DNA of 43,811 nt from a virus (taxonomy: Duplodnaviria > Caudoviricetes): the IMG/VR virus record IMGVR_UViG_3300032270_000312, positions 1-43,811 of that record. One strand, written 5' to 3'. This document shows positions 1-8,706 of the stretch, piece after piece. Within the stretch, counting starts at the first letter, position 1; the number at the start of each line of letters is the position of its first letter. A model generated the notes under the pieces. It made no database searches. It worked only from the letters and a program-made list of their open reading frames with translations, and was not told the DNA's origin. Both the position numbers and the translations under genes were made by a program.

Positions 1-123
1 TACCCCGCCGCCCTGGAGGTGACCCCATGAGCACGCTATCTACAACCAACCTCAAGAACCCCAGCGCCAGCGGCAACAACATCGTCCTTGCATCAGACGG
101 TAGCGCCACGATTGCCACGCTCA
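1..123. repeat. Terminal overlap, identical to 43689-43811 (circular contig overlap)
   Basis: Bases 1-123 match 43689-43811 exactly; the junction falls inside coding sequence. Confidence 0.95.
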
Positions 124-644
124 GCAGCACCACGATCACCGGCACCACAATTCAAGGCACGATTAAGTCGGGCACATCCGCTGCTTCGACTAGTGGCACG
201 TCGATTGATTTCACCAGCATCCCGAGTTGGGTCAAGCGGGTGACGGTGATGTTTGATGGCGTTAGTACAAACGGCACAAGTGCCCCCCAGATTCAAATAG
301 GTGACTCAGGAGGCATAGAAACTACGGGATACATTTGCTCTAATTCTGTTATCGTCGCAAGTGTTGGAACAGCTAACTTTACGACCGGATTTGGCATAGG
401 TGTCAGTACGGGACAATGGGGTGCTACTCGTGTTTTTGGCGGATCAATTACACTTACGCTTTTAAATTTAGCAACTAATACCTGGTCGGCTTCTGGCTCA
501 GTCGGATCATCTGATATAGCAGCAATGTATGTGACCGCTGGCGCTAAATCTTTGTCAGCCACCCTAGATCGCGTCCGTATCACCACCGTCAACGGCACCG
601 ACACCTTTGACGCCGGGTCGATCAACATCCTTTACGAGGGCTAA
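27..644 (+). CDS. Short tail-fibre tip / receptor-binding-like virion protein
   Basis: Thr/Ser/Gly-rich, beta-strand-like (SIDFTSIPSWVKRVTV...FDAGSINILYE). Continues the fibre-accessory array across the circular junction; its ATG (43715 in the end copy) overlaps the stop of 43392-43718. Confidence 0.6.
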   Translation: MSTLSTTNLKNPSASGNNIVLASDGSATIATLSSTTITGTTIQGTIKSGTSAASTSGTSIDFTSIPSWVKRVTVMFDGVSTNGTSAPQIQIGDSGGIETTGYICSNSVIVASVGTANFTTGFGIGVSTGQWGATRVFGGSITLTLLNLATNTWSASGSVGSSDIAAMYVTAGAKSLSATLDRVRITTVNGTDTFDAGSINILYEG

Positions 645-647
645 ACC

Positions 648-833
648 ATGCATCGCATCGTTGTTGACGTACAAACCGGCAAGCAGGAAATCGTCGAACT
701 GACCGCCGAAGAAATCGCGGAGATCGAATCTCGCCCCGAGCCCGAGCCTGCACCCGAGCTGACACCTGCTGAAAAGCTGGCCGCTAGTGGGCTGACGGTG
801 GACGAACTAAAAACACTTTTAGGCATTGCCTAA
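648..833 (+). CDS. Small acidic protein, probable fibre assembly partner
   Basis: ELTAEEIAE...EKLAASGLTVDELKTLLG resembles small proteins that follow phage fibre genes; directly coupled to 27-644. Confidence 0.5.
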   Translation: MHRIVVDVQTGKQEIVELTAEEIAEIESRPEPEPAPELTPAEKLAASGLTVDELKTLLGIA

Positions 834-851
834 TCTATCCACATAAGTATC

Positions 852-1049
852 ATGCTTACCATTCTTGGCCTTAAAGTCTCCTACGAGACCCTGCTTTTCC
901 TTGGCCTGTTCGTTGCCTCCGAAGTAATTGGCAACAGCAAACTGAAATCGAATAGCGTTGTCCAAATCATTCTTGCTGGTATCAACGCCCTGAAGCCTCT
1001 GCGTAAAGAGGACGACAAACTCCAACAACTTAAGGATACCTTCAAATGA
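852..1049 (+). CDS. Small membrane protein, holin candidate
   Basis: Hydrophobic N-terminal segment, charged C-terminus, overlaps the endolysin start (ATGA). Confidence 0.5.
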   Translation: MLTILGLKVSYETLLFLGLFVASEVIGNSKLKSNSVVQIILAGINALKPLRKEDDKLQQLKDTFK

Positions 1050-1612
1050 GTATCCGGCTGACTGACGTAGCCAAGTACTACAAAGGTCTGCCCAATCAAA
1101 TCAAAGCCCTCCAAGCCCTTGAGAAACTCTTGGGTAAGGAGGGTCTCTCTGATTCTCAGGAGTGGGTTCAACTGTGGAGACTTCCTCCCGCTGAACCTCC
1201 CAAGCAGCAGTTTAGTAATACATGGGATGGCATCGAAGCTGCTGCTGCTGCAGCTGGTGCCAAGTTTCCTGAAGTTGTGGCAGCCCAATGGGCACTTGAG
1301 TCTGCGTATGGCACCGCCCTGAGCGGTAAGAACAACTTCTTTGGTATCAAAGGTCCAGGCACGGTTAAGACCACCTGGGAAGACTACGGCAACGGTCCAG
1401 TGACAATAAAGGCTGCGTTTATGGACTTTGCAACTCCATTTGACTGCGTAAATCATCTGGTTACCCAGTGGTACAAAGATTACAAAGGCTACAAAGGAGT
1501 GAATCGTGCAACCAGTCGTGAAGACTGTGCGTATCTACTGAAGCGTGAAGGATACGCCACCGATCCTGTTTATCCTCAAAAGCTTATTCGTTTGATGGAG
1601 CAGAATGATTGA
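1046..1612 (+). CDS. Endolysin, glucosaminidase (GH73/FlgJ-like)
   Basis: AQWALES, NNFFGIKG and GYATDPVY motifs typical of GH73. Confidence 0.85.
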   Translation: MSIRLTDVAKYYKGLPNQIKALQALEKLLGKEGLSDSQEWVQLWRLPPAEPPKQQFSNTWDGIEAAAAAAGAKFPEVVAAQWALESAYGTALSGKNNFFGIKGPGTVKTTWEDYGNGPVTIKAAFMDFATPFDCVNHLVTQWYKDYKGYKGVNRATSREDCAYLLKREGYATDPVYPQKLIRLMEQND

Positions 1613-1850
1613 AGCAATCATTACAGGAGTTTTCTCTCTCATTATTGGCGTTGGAGGAGGAGTTGCTGCTCTCAATAGCAAATCCTCTTCCCGTATGGAT
1701 TTGATTGACAAACGCATTGATGGCCTGGAACTTCGTATTGCTGAGAAGTACGTCCCTCGCCATGAACTGACTCATGCTCTTCAAAAGATGGAAGACCACA
1801 TGATCAGGATTGAAAACAAACTAGATCAAATTGCACTGCGTCATGGCTAA
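1605..1850 (+). CDS. Membrane-anchored coiled-coil protein, possibly lysis-related
   Basis: N-terminal transmembrane helix followed by a heptad-rich region; directly after the endolysin. Confidence 0.5.
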   Translation: MIEAIITGVFSLIIGVGGGVAALNSKSSSRMDLIDKRIDGLELRIAEKYVPRHELTHALQKMEDHMIRIENKLDQIALRHG

Positions 1851-2097
1851 TAAAAAGAAAGCCACGGAGGACATGTTTAACGAGCTTCATAACCTCGTAA
1901 CAACTGAGTTTCTCCAACGCATTAAATCGGGTGAAGCCAGCACACAAGACCTTAAGGCTGCGTGTGACTGGCTTGCCAAGAATGACATTAGTGGGGTTGC
2001 TTATGACGGTAACCCCTTGGATAAGTTGGCGTCTGTGATGCCCAAAGTAGACCCCGAAATGGTTCAACGGAGGCTGTATGGCTCAAAGCACGTCTGA
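1843..2097 (+). CDS. Terminase small subunit (T7 gp18-like)
   Basis: FNELH...RIKSGEA...DLKAACDWL.KNDI pattern of gp18-like proteins; ATG at 1843 overlaps the upstream gene end. Confidence 0.8.
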   Translation: MANKKKATEDMFNELHNLVTTEFLQRIKSGEASTQDLKAACDWLAKNDISGVAYDGNPLDKLASVMPKVDPEMVQRRLYGSKHV

Positions 2098-2332
2098 GTA
2101 CTACAAAAAGAATCCTGAGGCACGTAAACGCCGACAAAAGCAGCAATCCAAATACAACAAAACCAACAACGGTCTAAAGATCCGTACAAATGCCAACAAG
2201 CTGAACCGACAGCTTGGCACCTACGGGAACGGTGACGGAAAGGATGCCTCCCATACAGGTCCAGCAAAGGGAAAGCTTGAAAACCCCTCAGCTAACCGTC
2301 GCAGACCTCGTACTGGCCAGAAGTACGCATGA
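2078..2332 (+). CDS. Basic hypothetical protein with degenerate HNH-like tail
   Basis: K/R-rich; GDGKDASH...NPSANRRR C-terminus. Confidence 0.55.
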   Translation: MAQSTSEYYKKNPEARKRRQKQQSKYNKTNNGLKIRTNANKLNRQLGTYGNGDGKDASHTGPAKGKLENPSANRRRPRTGQKYA

Positions 2333-2658
2333 CCCCGTTACTACCTACGCCTGATCACTACCTCCAAAACCTAATAACGATGACAAGTCCAGAAGCAAAA
2401 AGGCTCTGGAGAAGAGCCATTAAGGAACACTTCAACTGTCAATGCGTTTATTGCGGAGAAACTTATGAATTACATGAACTTACACTTGACCACGTACGTC
2501 CTCGTTGTCTTGGCGGGGAAGATCTTACATCAAATCTTGTACCCAGCTGCTGGCAGTGTAATCAGGCAAAAGGTAGTAACAATTGGCTCCAATGGATGAG
2601 GAGCACATTTGGCATTAATCCATCCCGGGAAGGGATGATTCTTTCTCACATTAACTAA
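2329..2658 (+). CDS. HNH endonuclease
   Basis: CVYCG...TLDHVRP...GG...NLVPSCWQCNQAKG. Confidence 0.9.
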   Translation: MTPLLPTPDHYLQNLITMTSPEAKRLWRRAIKEHFNCQCVYCGETYELHELTLDHVRPRCLGGEDLTSNLVPSCWQCNQAKGSNNWLQWMRSTFGINPSREGMILSHIN

Positions 2659-2660
2659 TA

Positions 2661-3986
2661 ATGGCACTTAAAAATAAAGCCAAGCAAAAGCCTGGCAGTA
2701 TGCGGTCTCGTCAGCAGGCAAAACTTAATAGCCAACGCACACAAAAGTCTCCAATTGAACCCGCACCTCGCACGGGTCCCCGGCGGCAGCTTCCGCAAAG
2801 CAGCCAAGGACAAAACCGTGTGGGTAACTCCAGTCAGCCGTGGGGTGAACGGCAAGGATCTGGACAACGTGTTGAACCCGTACGTGTTCGTGAAGTAGGT
2901 CGTCCTCAGCTTCCCGCTGGTCAAACTGTTCCTGAAAACCGGCGCCTGCCGGGGATGCAAGGCCCTCAGCCTGCGGCACGTCCTCAACGGCCTGGGACAA
3001 GCCGCCCTGCAACGGCAAGTCGCATGGAAGCCGCCCAAGCAAAAGCTGAGAGGGCTGCTCAAGGTACAAAGTCATCGTCTGTTCGCACTGGCAGGCCTGC
3101 AAAGCCGTCTCGATTTGGCGGAGCATTTGGCAAAGGTAATGCTGCTGCAATTGCACTTGGCATTATTAATGCTGCTGATGACTCTCGGTTGACGGATGCA
3201 CAACGCCGGAGGAAATACGAGGTTGTCAACCCTGAGCGTGGCAATGACCTGCTAACCAAACTGCAAGAAGGGCGTCTTGGCACTTCAAACAGTTCAGCTA
3301 AACCCAAGCCCTCTAAGCCTGGTTCTGACGGTCGCTACGTTCCTGGCAAAGAGAAGTCGAAGTTCACTGATTCCGAAGCCGCAAAGCCTGCAGAGAAGCA
3401 ACCTGCACGTCCTGTTCGTAGTGCTAGCCAGCAGCCCACTACGGCTGTCCGCAACCCCTCTCCCAAGGCCAAAGCCAGCACTCCCTCCAAGCCTGCACCC
3501 AAAGCAAGCGAGACCTACCGCGATGGCGGTAAGGGCTTGTACCAAGGCTCTAAGGAGTACCGAGACAAGGTTGGTGGCTCTGGTAACCCCCTGCTGAACC
3601 GTTTCCGCAAGGAAATGGGTCTTGATCAGGCCACGGGCCAACGGGCTGATGCTCCAACGGTTGCCAAAGAAGCACCCAAGCAAGAACCAAAGGCTGCTTC
3701 CAAGTCTGGTGGTGAAGGCGTCAAGGACAGCCTGAAGATCGATCAAGCCGCATCAAAAGCTGACGCTGGCCGTTACTTCAAAGACAAGCCGATGAGTCCG
3801 TCCAAAGGACAAACCGCCAACGGCACACGGCTTGCTCAGATGACACCTGATGACCGTCAACAACTGCGGGACTATGCCGACACCCTCAAAAAGCAAGGTG
3901 GTCCGGCGGCTCAACGTGAACTTGATCGCCTTAACAAGCAGTACTCCAAGTACGGCATGTCGTTTGGAAAGCTGAAAAGCGCGTAA
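2661..3986 (+). CDS. Long low-complexity basic protein of unknown function
   Basis: 441-aa ORF rich in R/K/P/Q/A/S/G filling the gap between HNH and terL. Confidence 0.65.
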   Translation: MALKNKAKQKPGSMRSRQQAKLNSQRTQKSPIEPAPRTGPRRQLPQSSQGQNRVGNSSQPWGERQGSGQRVEPVRVREVGRPQLPAGQTVPENRRLPGMQGPQPAARPQRPGTSRPATASRMEAAQAKAERAAQGTKSSSVRTGRPAKPSRFGGAFGKGNAAAIALGIINAADDSRLTDAQRRRKYEVVNPERGNDLLTKLQEGRLGTSNSSAKPKPSKPGSDGRYVPGKEKSKFTDSEAAKPAEKQPARPVRSASQQPTTAVRNPSPKAKASTPSKPAPKASETYRDGGKGLYQGSKEYRDKVGGSGNPLLNRFRKEMGLDQATGQRADAPTVAKEAPKQEPKAASKSGGEGVKDSLKIDQAASKADAGRYFKDKPMSPSKGQTANGTRLAQMTPDDRQQLRDYADTLKKQGGPAAQRELDRLNKQYSKYGMSFGKLKSA

Positions 3987-4077
3987 GCAAACTATCCACT
4001 TGGCTATACATCACGCCTAAGGCCCCTAGGAGCCCCTGGAAGGTCGTTATTTATCCACTCAGGTACATTCTATCATA

Positions 4078-5841
4078 ATGCCTATAAAACGCCGTACAGA
4101 GGCTCCTAGGGGGGTCTCCGTGATTGAGTCCCTACAGCAAGATTTCAAGCTCTTTCTACAGGCTCTCTGGGGGCAGTTAGATCTGCCCTCTCCAACCCGC
4201 GCTCAATACGCCATTGCAGATTACCTGCAGCACGGACCAAAGCGACTACAGATCCAAGCGTTCCGGGGTGTTGGTAAGTCCTGGATCACGGGAGCCTTTG
4301 TGTTGTGGACCCTGTTCAACAACCCAGAAAAGAAGATCATGATTATCTCCGCTTCCAAAGAGCGGGCAGATAACATGTCTATCTTTCTCCAGAAGCTAAT
4401 CATCGAGACCCCGTGGCTGGTGCACCTGCGTCCTAAAAGCGACGATGCCCGGTGGTCTCGGATTTCTTTTGATGTGAACTGTTCTCCGTCCCAGGCACCG
4501 TCCGTCAAATCAGTCGGCATTACGGGTCAGCTCACGGGTTCTCGTGCTGACCTGATGATTCTTGATGACGTGGAGGTGCCTGGTAACTCCATGACGGAGA
4601 TGATGCGAGAAAAGCTTCTTCAACTGTGTACAGAGGCCGAGTCGATCCTGACCCCAAAGGAAGACTCCCGCATCATGTACCTTGGTACACCCCAGACCAC
4701 CTTTACCATTTACCGCAAGCTGGCTGAACGGAACTACCGTCCGTTTGTGTGGCCTGCTCGATACCCACGCAAGCTGTCCCAATACGAAGGACTGATCGCC
4801 CCTCAACTTCAAGAGGACATCGATTCCGGTGCTGAAGCGTGGGGTATTACGGATCCAGACCGCTTCAGCCATGAAGACCTGCTGGAACGGGAAGCCGCTA
4901 TGGGTCGGAGCAACTTCATGCTCCAGTTCATGCTTGATACGAGTCTTAGTGATGCAGAAAAGTTCCCACTTAAGTTCCAAGACCTCATCGTTACCGCTGT
5001 TAACCCAACTCAAGCGCCGGATTCTGTTGTGTGGTGCAGTGATCCTCGTAATGTGCTCAAGGATCTGCCTACGGTTGGCTTACCGGGTGATTATTTCTAC
5101 TCCCCGATGCAGCTTCAGGGAGAGTGGAGTGCGTACGATGAAACGATATGCAGCGTTGACCCGTCAGGTCGAGGCACAGACGAAACAGCTGCCACCTACA
5201 TAAGCCAAAAGAACGGCTTCCTGTACGTCCACGAGATCCGTGCTTACAGAGACGGTTACTCCGACACCACCCTTCTTGACATCCTTAGAGGCTGCAAGAA
5301 GTACAACGTCACCAAGCTTGTCATCGAGACCAACTTTGGTGATGGCATCGTTGCAGAACTATTCAAGAAACACCTTCAACAAACCAAACAAAACATCGGT
5401 GTTGAAGAAGTCCGGGCTACCGTCCGTAAAGAAGAGCGCATCATCGATGCCCTAGAACCCATCATGAACCAACACCGCCTCATCGTTGATCGTGGTGTCG
5501 TGGAGTGGGATTACGCCTCTAATAAAGACGAAGCTCCAGAGAAACGACTCCTGTACATGCTGTTCTATCAGATGAGTCGGATGTGCCGGGAGAAATACGC
5601 CATCAAACACGACGACCGCCTGGACTCCCTTGCACAAGGCGTCAAGTACTTCACTGACGCCATGGGCATCTCAGCCATGGAGGTCGTCAAACAACGGAAG
5701 ATGGAGGAGTGGAGCGACATGCTGCAAGGGTTCATCGACGACCCCCAATGCGAGACCAACCACATCGTCCTTGGGATGTCTCTAGACCAAAAAAGACAAG
5801 CCAGAGGTAATTCCAAAAGTTCAGTCCCCACCTGGGTTTAA
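4078..5841 (+). CDS. terL: Terminase large subunit (T7 gp19-like)
   Basis: AFRGVGKS Walker A, TGSRADLMILDDVE Walker B, VDPSGRGTDE nuclease motif, HDDRLD. Alternative GTG start at 4120. Confidence 0.97.
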   Translation: MPIKRRTEAPRGVSVIESLQQDFKLFLQALWGQLDLPSPTRAQYAIADYLQHGPKRLQIQAFRGVGKSWITGAFVLWTLFNNPEKKIMIISASKERADNMSIFLQKLIIETPWLVHLRPKSDDARWSRISFDVNCSPSQAPSVKSVGITGQLTGSRADLMILDDVEVPGNSMTEMMREKLLQLCTEAESILTPKEDSRIMYLGTPQTTFTIYRKLAERNYRPFVWPARYPRKLSQYEGLIAPQLQEDIDSGAEAWGITDPDRFSHEDLLEREAAMGRSNFMLQFMLDTSLSDAEKFPLKFQDLIVTAVNPTQAPDSVVWCSDPRNVLKDLPTVGLPGDYFYSPMQLQGEWSAYDETICSVDPSGRGTDETAATYISQKNGFLYVHEIRAYRDGYSDTTLLDILRGCKKYNVTKLVIETNFGDGIVAELFKKHLQQTKQNIGVEEVRATVRKEERIIDALEPIMNQHRLIVDRGVVEWDYASNKDEAPEKRLLYMLFYQMSRMCREKYAIKHDDRLDSLAQGVKYFTDAMGISAMEVVKQRKMEEWSDMLQGFIDDPQCETNHIVLGMSLDQKRQARGNSKSSVPTWV

Positions 5842-5844
5842 GAC

Positions 5845-5864
5845 CGATCAGGGGTGTATACAGG
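5845..5864 (+). promoter_or_regulatory. Candidate phage RNAP promoter, copy 2 (CGATCAGGGGTGTATACAGG)
   Basis: Exact 20-bp match to 12408-12427; ends in TATAC plus a purine run like T7-type promoters. Confidence 0.65.
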
Positions 5865-5897
5865 AGGGATGGAAGGGTGGACCGGAACTCCTGTACG

Positions 5898-5935
5898 GGG
5901 GAAGACAAGTCAAACAAAGACAATCTTCCCCTTTT
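5898..5935 (+). terminator. Putative intrinsic terminator after terL
   Basis: GGGGAAGA/TCTTCCCC 8-bp stem with an 18-nt loop followed by TTTT. Confidence 0.5.
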
Positions 5936-6057
5936 ACTATGTCCCTGGGAATGGACATCTAAAAAGTACCACCTTTAACTCACTCCCTTCAAGAACTTAA
6001 TTCCGGATATACCGGATGTCCTGGAAGGGACATCACTTATATCACTAATTAGACAGT

Positions 6058-6708
6058 ATGTCTGCTAACCACCAAGCAACACTGATTCACATTACCCCTG
6101 ATGCAGAAGAACTTATTGCCTATATGGCAAGAGTATCTAATCCATCTAATCAAACCAACACTAAGACAAGTGCTAGGTTAATTAGATACCTTATTGAACA
6201 CAAACACTGGTCTCCCTTTGAGATGGTGAACATGTGTGTTCAAATAGAAACTACTCGGTCTATAGCAGCACAAATCCTTCGGCATCGGAGCTTTTCCTTT
6301 CAAGAGTTCTCCCAACGGTACGCACGAGTAGAAGAGATTCCCCGTAGTCCTTCCCTTCGGCGTCAAGATCAAAAGAACCGACAGAACAGTATTGACGATC
6401 TAGATGAAGTAATTAAGACTAACCTTGATTACGAGATCACTAAACACTTTGCAGCCGGTGTCCGTCTGTATCAACAGATGTTGGACTATGGAGTAGCCAA
6501 GGAGTGTGCAAGAGACGTGCTTCCCTTGGCAGCTCCAACCAAGCTGTACATGAATGGAACGATTCGGTCTTGGTTGCATTACTGCGACCTAAGGACTGCC
6601 CATGGGACACAGAGAGAACACGGACAGATAGCTGGTCAAGTACAAGACCTGCTGTATCAACACCTTCCTAATGTTTGTGAGGCAATGTGGGAAAAGAACT
6701 TAAGTTGA
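6058..6708 (+). CDS. thyX: Flavin-dependent thymidylate synthase
   Basis: RHRSFSFQEFSQR signature, HWSPFE, KECARDVLP, TQREH. Confidence 0.95.
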   Translation: MSANHQATLIHITPDAEELIAYMARVSNPSNQTNTKTSARLIRYLIEHKHWSPFEMVNMCVQIETTRSIAAQILRHRSFSFQEFSQRYARVEEIPRSPSLRRQDQKNRQNSIDDLDEVIKTNLDYEITKHFAAGVRLYQQMLDYGVAKECARDVLPLAAPTKLYMNGTIRSWLHYCDLRTAHGTQREHGQIAGQVQDLLYQHLPNVCEAMWEKNLS

Positions 6709-6974
6709 ATGAGTTCCACACAATGTATGTGACGTGGAAACAAGGCGTCCCTTGGTTTGATCACCTGCTGCTTGGTCTGCTGGTCTGGATTGAACGGTGG
6801 GTGATTGATCAGAGGGTAGACACAGAGCTTGATACTGCTATTGAGCAGTTTCATGCTGAAGCTAAAAAGGTGGAACCTGATTATGTGACTCCTGTATATA
6901 CAGAAACGCTCTCAGAGGGCTCTACAAGCCTCCCTGAGATGCGTTTAGCTGCTCCTTGGTACACTGACTCCTAA
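6687..6974 (+). CDS. Hypothetical protein
   Basis: ORF overlapping the thyX end; short hydrophobic stretch, acidic tail. Confidence 0.55.
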   Translation: MGKELKLNEFHTMYVTWKQGVPWFDHLLLGLLVWIERWVIDQRVDTELDTAIEQFHAEAKKVEPDYVTPVYTETLSEGSTSLPEMRLAAPWYTDS

Positions 6975-7001
6975 ATGTAATTTAAGGGGCCTTCCTGAGG
7001 C

Positions 7002-7184
7002 TTATAAATGGGTCTCAAGAATGAACGCCATCAGGTTGCTAATGCTTCGTCCTTCTTCGGTGCTTTTACTGACAAGTTGTTGGTAGGTTGACCACGACAA
7101 AGTGGCGGTGACACGGACTGGTTTGCGTGTCGCAATTGTTGAAAGAGCTTGCAGGTTGGCCTGGGCTCGTAAGACTTGGGTCAT
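7002..7184 (-). CDS. Ribbon-helix-helix (CopG/Arc-like) DNA-binding protein
   Basis: KPVRVTATLSWSTYQQLVSKSTEEGRSISNLMAFILE fits the beta-alpha-alpha RHH pattern with the GRS turn; start uncertain (ATG 7184 chosen). Confidence 0.75.
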   Translation of the reverse strand: MTQVLRAQANLQALSTIATRKPVRVTATLSWSTYQQLVSKSTEEGRSISNLMAFILETHL

Positions 7185-7711
7185 CAGCTCAATTACGGTT
7201 GAGTTGGTCACGGGGTCGGTGTTGCAAGCACGCGGCCCCACCTCAATAAGGTATCACAGTGATGTGAGTTGGTCTCAGAGTGCAGCAGATCTAGCTCACT
7301 TTCCGACAAAAATTTCTGAAGGCATATAAGCGGTGTAACAGGGCCGCAATCCCCCGTGCCGGGGGTGCTGAACGTGCTACTAGATCAATAATCTAGTCAC
7401 CAGAAGGCCCTGAAACACCAGATGTAGCGTGATTTTGGGGCTAATGACGCTAGATCTACCACGGAAACCGTAGGCCAGCACTGGACTAGTACAAAATTAT
7501 TAGGCTCGATCTGTAGCGCCTCCCTGTCGTGTGACAGTGCAGCAAGTTGCACAGTATCCGCTGCAGACTGCATCCACTTGTGGGCACAATTGCTGCAGAT
7601 CACATCAGTGGTCAGCACATCGACAGCAGAATAGGGGCACGCAGCCAGTCTCCGATGGGGCGAGACTGAGGCCATACAGCAGCCTGGCCAGCTGCAGCTG
7701 AGCCCACACCC

Positions 7712-7740
7712 TTTACCCATTGCATCCACTGTGCTACGCT
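7712..7740 (+). promoter_or_regulatory. Candidate host sigma70-type early promoter
   Basis: TTTACC-17 bp-TACGCT with extended -10 TG, upstream of the first early ORF and its AAGGAGG RBS. Confidence 0.55.
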
Positions 7741-7773
7741 ATCCACAACAACACCACCAAAGGAGGCGCATCC

Positions 7774-7896
7774 ATGCAAACCGACTCTGTACTCTTTAGC
7801 GACTCATTCGATCGTTACATTGAATGGGTCGAAGAAAAACAACTTGAAGAGATCGAAGCTGAGGCTAACGATCCAAACAACTACGAATTTGTTTAG
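7774..7896 (+). CDS. Small acidic early protein (40 aa)
   Basis: MQTDSVLFSDSFDRYIEWVEEKQLEEIEAEANDPNNYEFV; strong AAGGAGG RBS; below the ORF-track cutoff. Confidence 0.65.
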   Translation: MQTDSVLFSDSFDRYIEWVEEKQLEEIEAEANDPNNYEFV

Positions 7897-7921
7897 TTTT
7901 CACAATCACACAAATCCCAAA

Positions 7922-8131
7922 ATGTTTACATCCAATCGAATCCCACACGATTCCGGTATGTATCACGAACACATCTTCCACAACAATCAAGTTGTGGCCC
8001 AGGTCCTCAGCGATGGAGACAGTACCTACTGGTACGTGTTATCTGACAATCAGGCAATCTCTAGGGGTTACAAAACCGTGGCCGACGCCAAGGACATGTT
8101 ATTCCGTGTCCTAGAACATCGCTACGCTTAA
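7922..8131 (+). CDS. Early hypothetical protein
   Basis: ATG 7922 within the listed 7820-8131 frame. Confidence 0.6.
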   Translation: MFTSNRIPHDSGMYHEHIFHNNQVVAQVLSDGDSTYWYVLSDNQAISRGYKTVADAKDMLFRVLEHRYA

Positions 8132-8168
8132 TCCATCCACTCCGCTATCTAATCCACAAGGAGGCACC

Positions 8169-8510
8169 ATGCGTAAGATCGAACGGCTCATGAATGAAGC
8201 CATCACTGAGGGTCTCAACTGGTCGTTAGACAACACCCGAGTCGAGACAGACGGTGACAACATCTCCACCGTGTACCTTTACGGGAACAAGATTGCCCGC
8301 ATTGGCAACAACTTTGTGCAGCTTTTTGATGGCAAACATCAAACAGCAACCACCAAGTCGCGCCTCAATGCTATTTGTTGGGCGCATTGTGTGGACGGTG
8401 AGGGAGTATTTCAGAAGCGTGGTCAATGGTTTATTCGTGTTTGGAATAAAAGCACCAAACAGTTTGACACTGAAGATTTCTTCAGTGGCTACATGTTGGC
8501 TGACGCTTAG
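8169..8510 (+). CDS. Early hypothetical protein (cyanophage-type MRKIE... family)
   Basis: AAGGAGG RBS; VYLYGNKIA...TTKSRLNAI pattern. Confidence 0.75.
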   Translation: MRKIERLMNEAITEGLNWSLDNTRVETDGDNISTVYLYGNKIARIGNNFVQLFDGKHQTATTKSRLNAICWAHCVDGEGVFQKRGQWFIRVWNKSTKQFDTEDFFSGYMLADA

Positions 8511-8548
8511 TCAATCCATCCACTAACCTACGCAATCCATTCTCTGTC

Positions 8549-8695
8549 ATGTACTACGCAATTGTTAAATGGTCCCTGGAAGGTAACGAAATTCTCGACG
8601 GCTACGATAACTACGAAGATGCGGAAAGTGTGCTCGACGGATACTGTGACCGATACCCTAAAGGTTATATCGACATAGTGCCAATTGACACCTAA
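8549..8695 (+). CDS. Small acidic early protein (48 aa)
   Basis: MYYAIVKWSLEGNEILDGYDNYEDAESVLDGYCDRYPKGYIDIVPIDT. Confidence 0.6.
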   Translation: MYYAIVKWSLEGNEILDGYDNYEDAESVLDGYCDRYPKGYIDIVPIDT

Positions 8696-8706
8696 CGCTA
8701 ACAACT

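Noticed and set aside
6910-6940. Imperfect hairpin TCTCAGAGGGCT/AGCCTCCCTGAGA
   Set aside because: Inside an ORF, no U-tract, single instance; not enough to assign a function
7397-7729. 110-aa minus ORF and 7102-7329 plus ORF in the end region
   Set aside because: No RBS or protein-like features; they overlap palindromic regulatory DNA or the RHH gene
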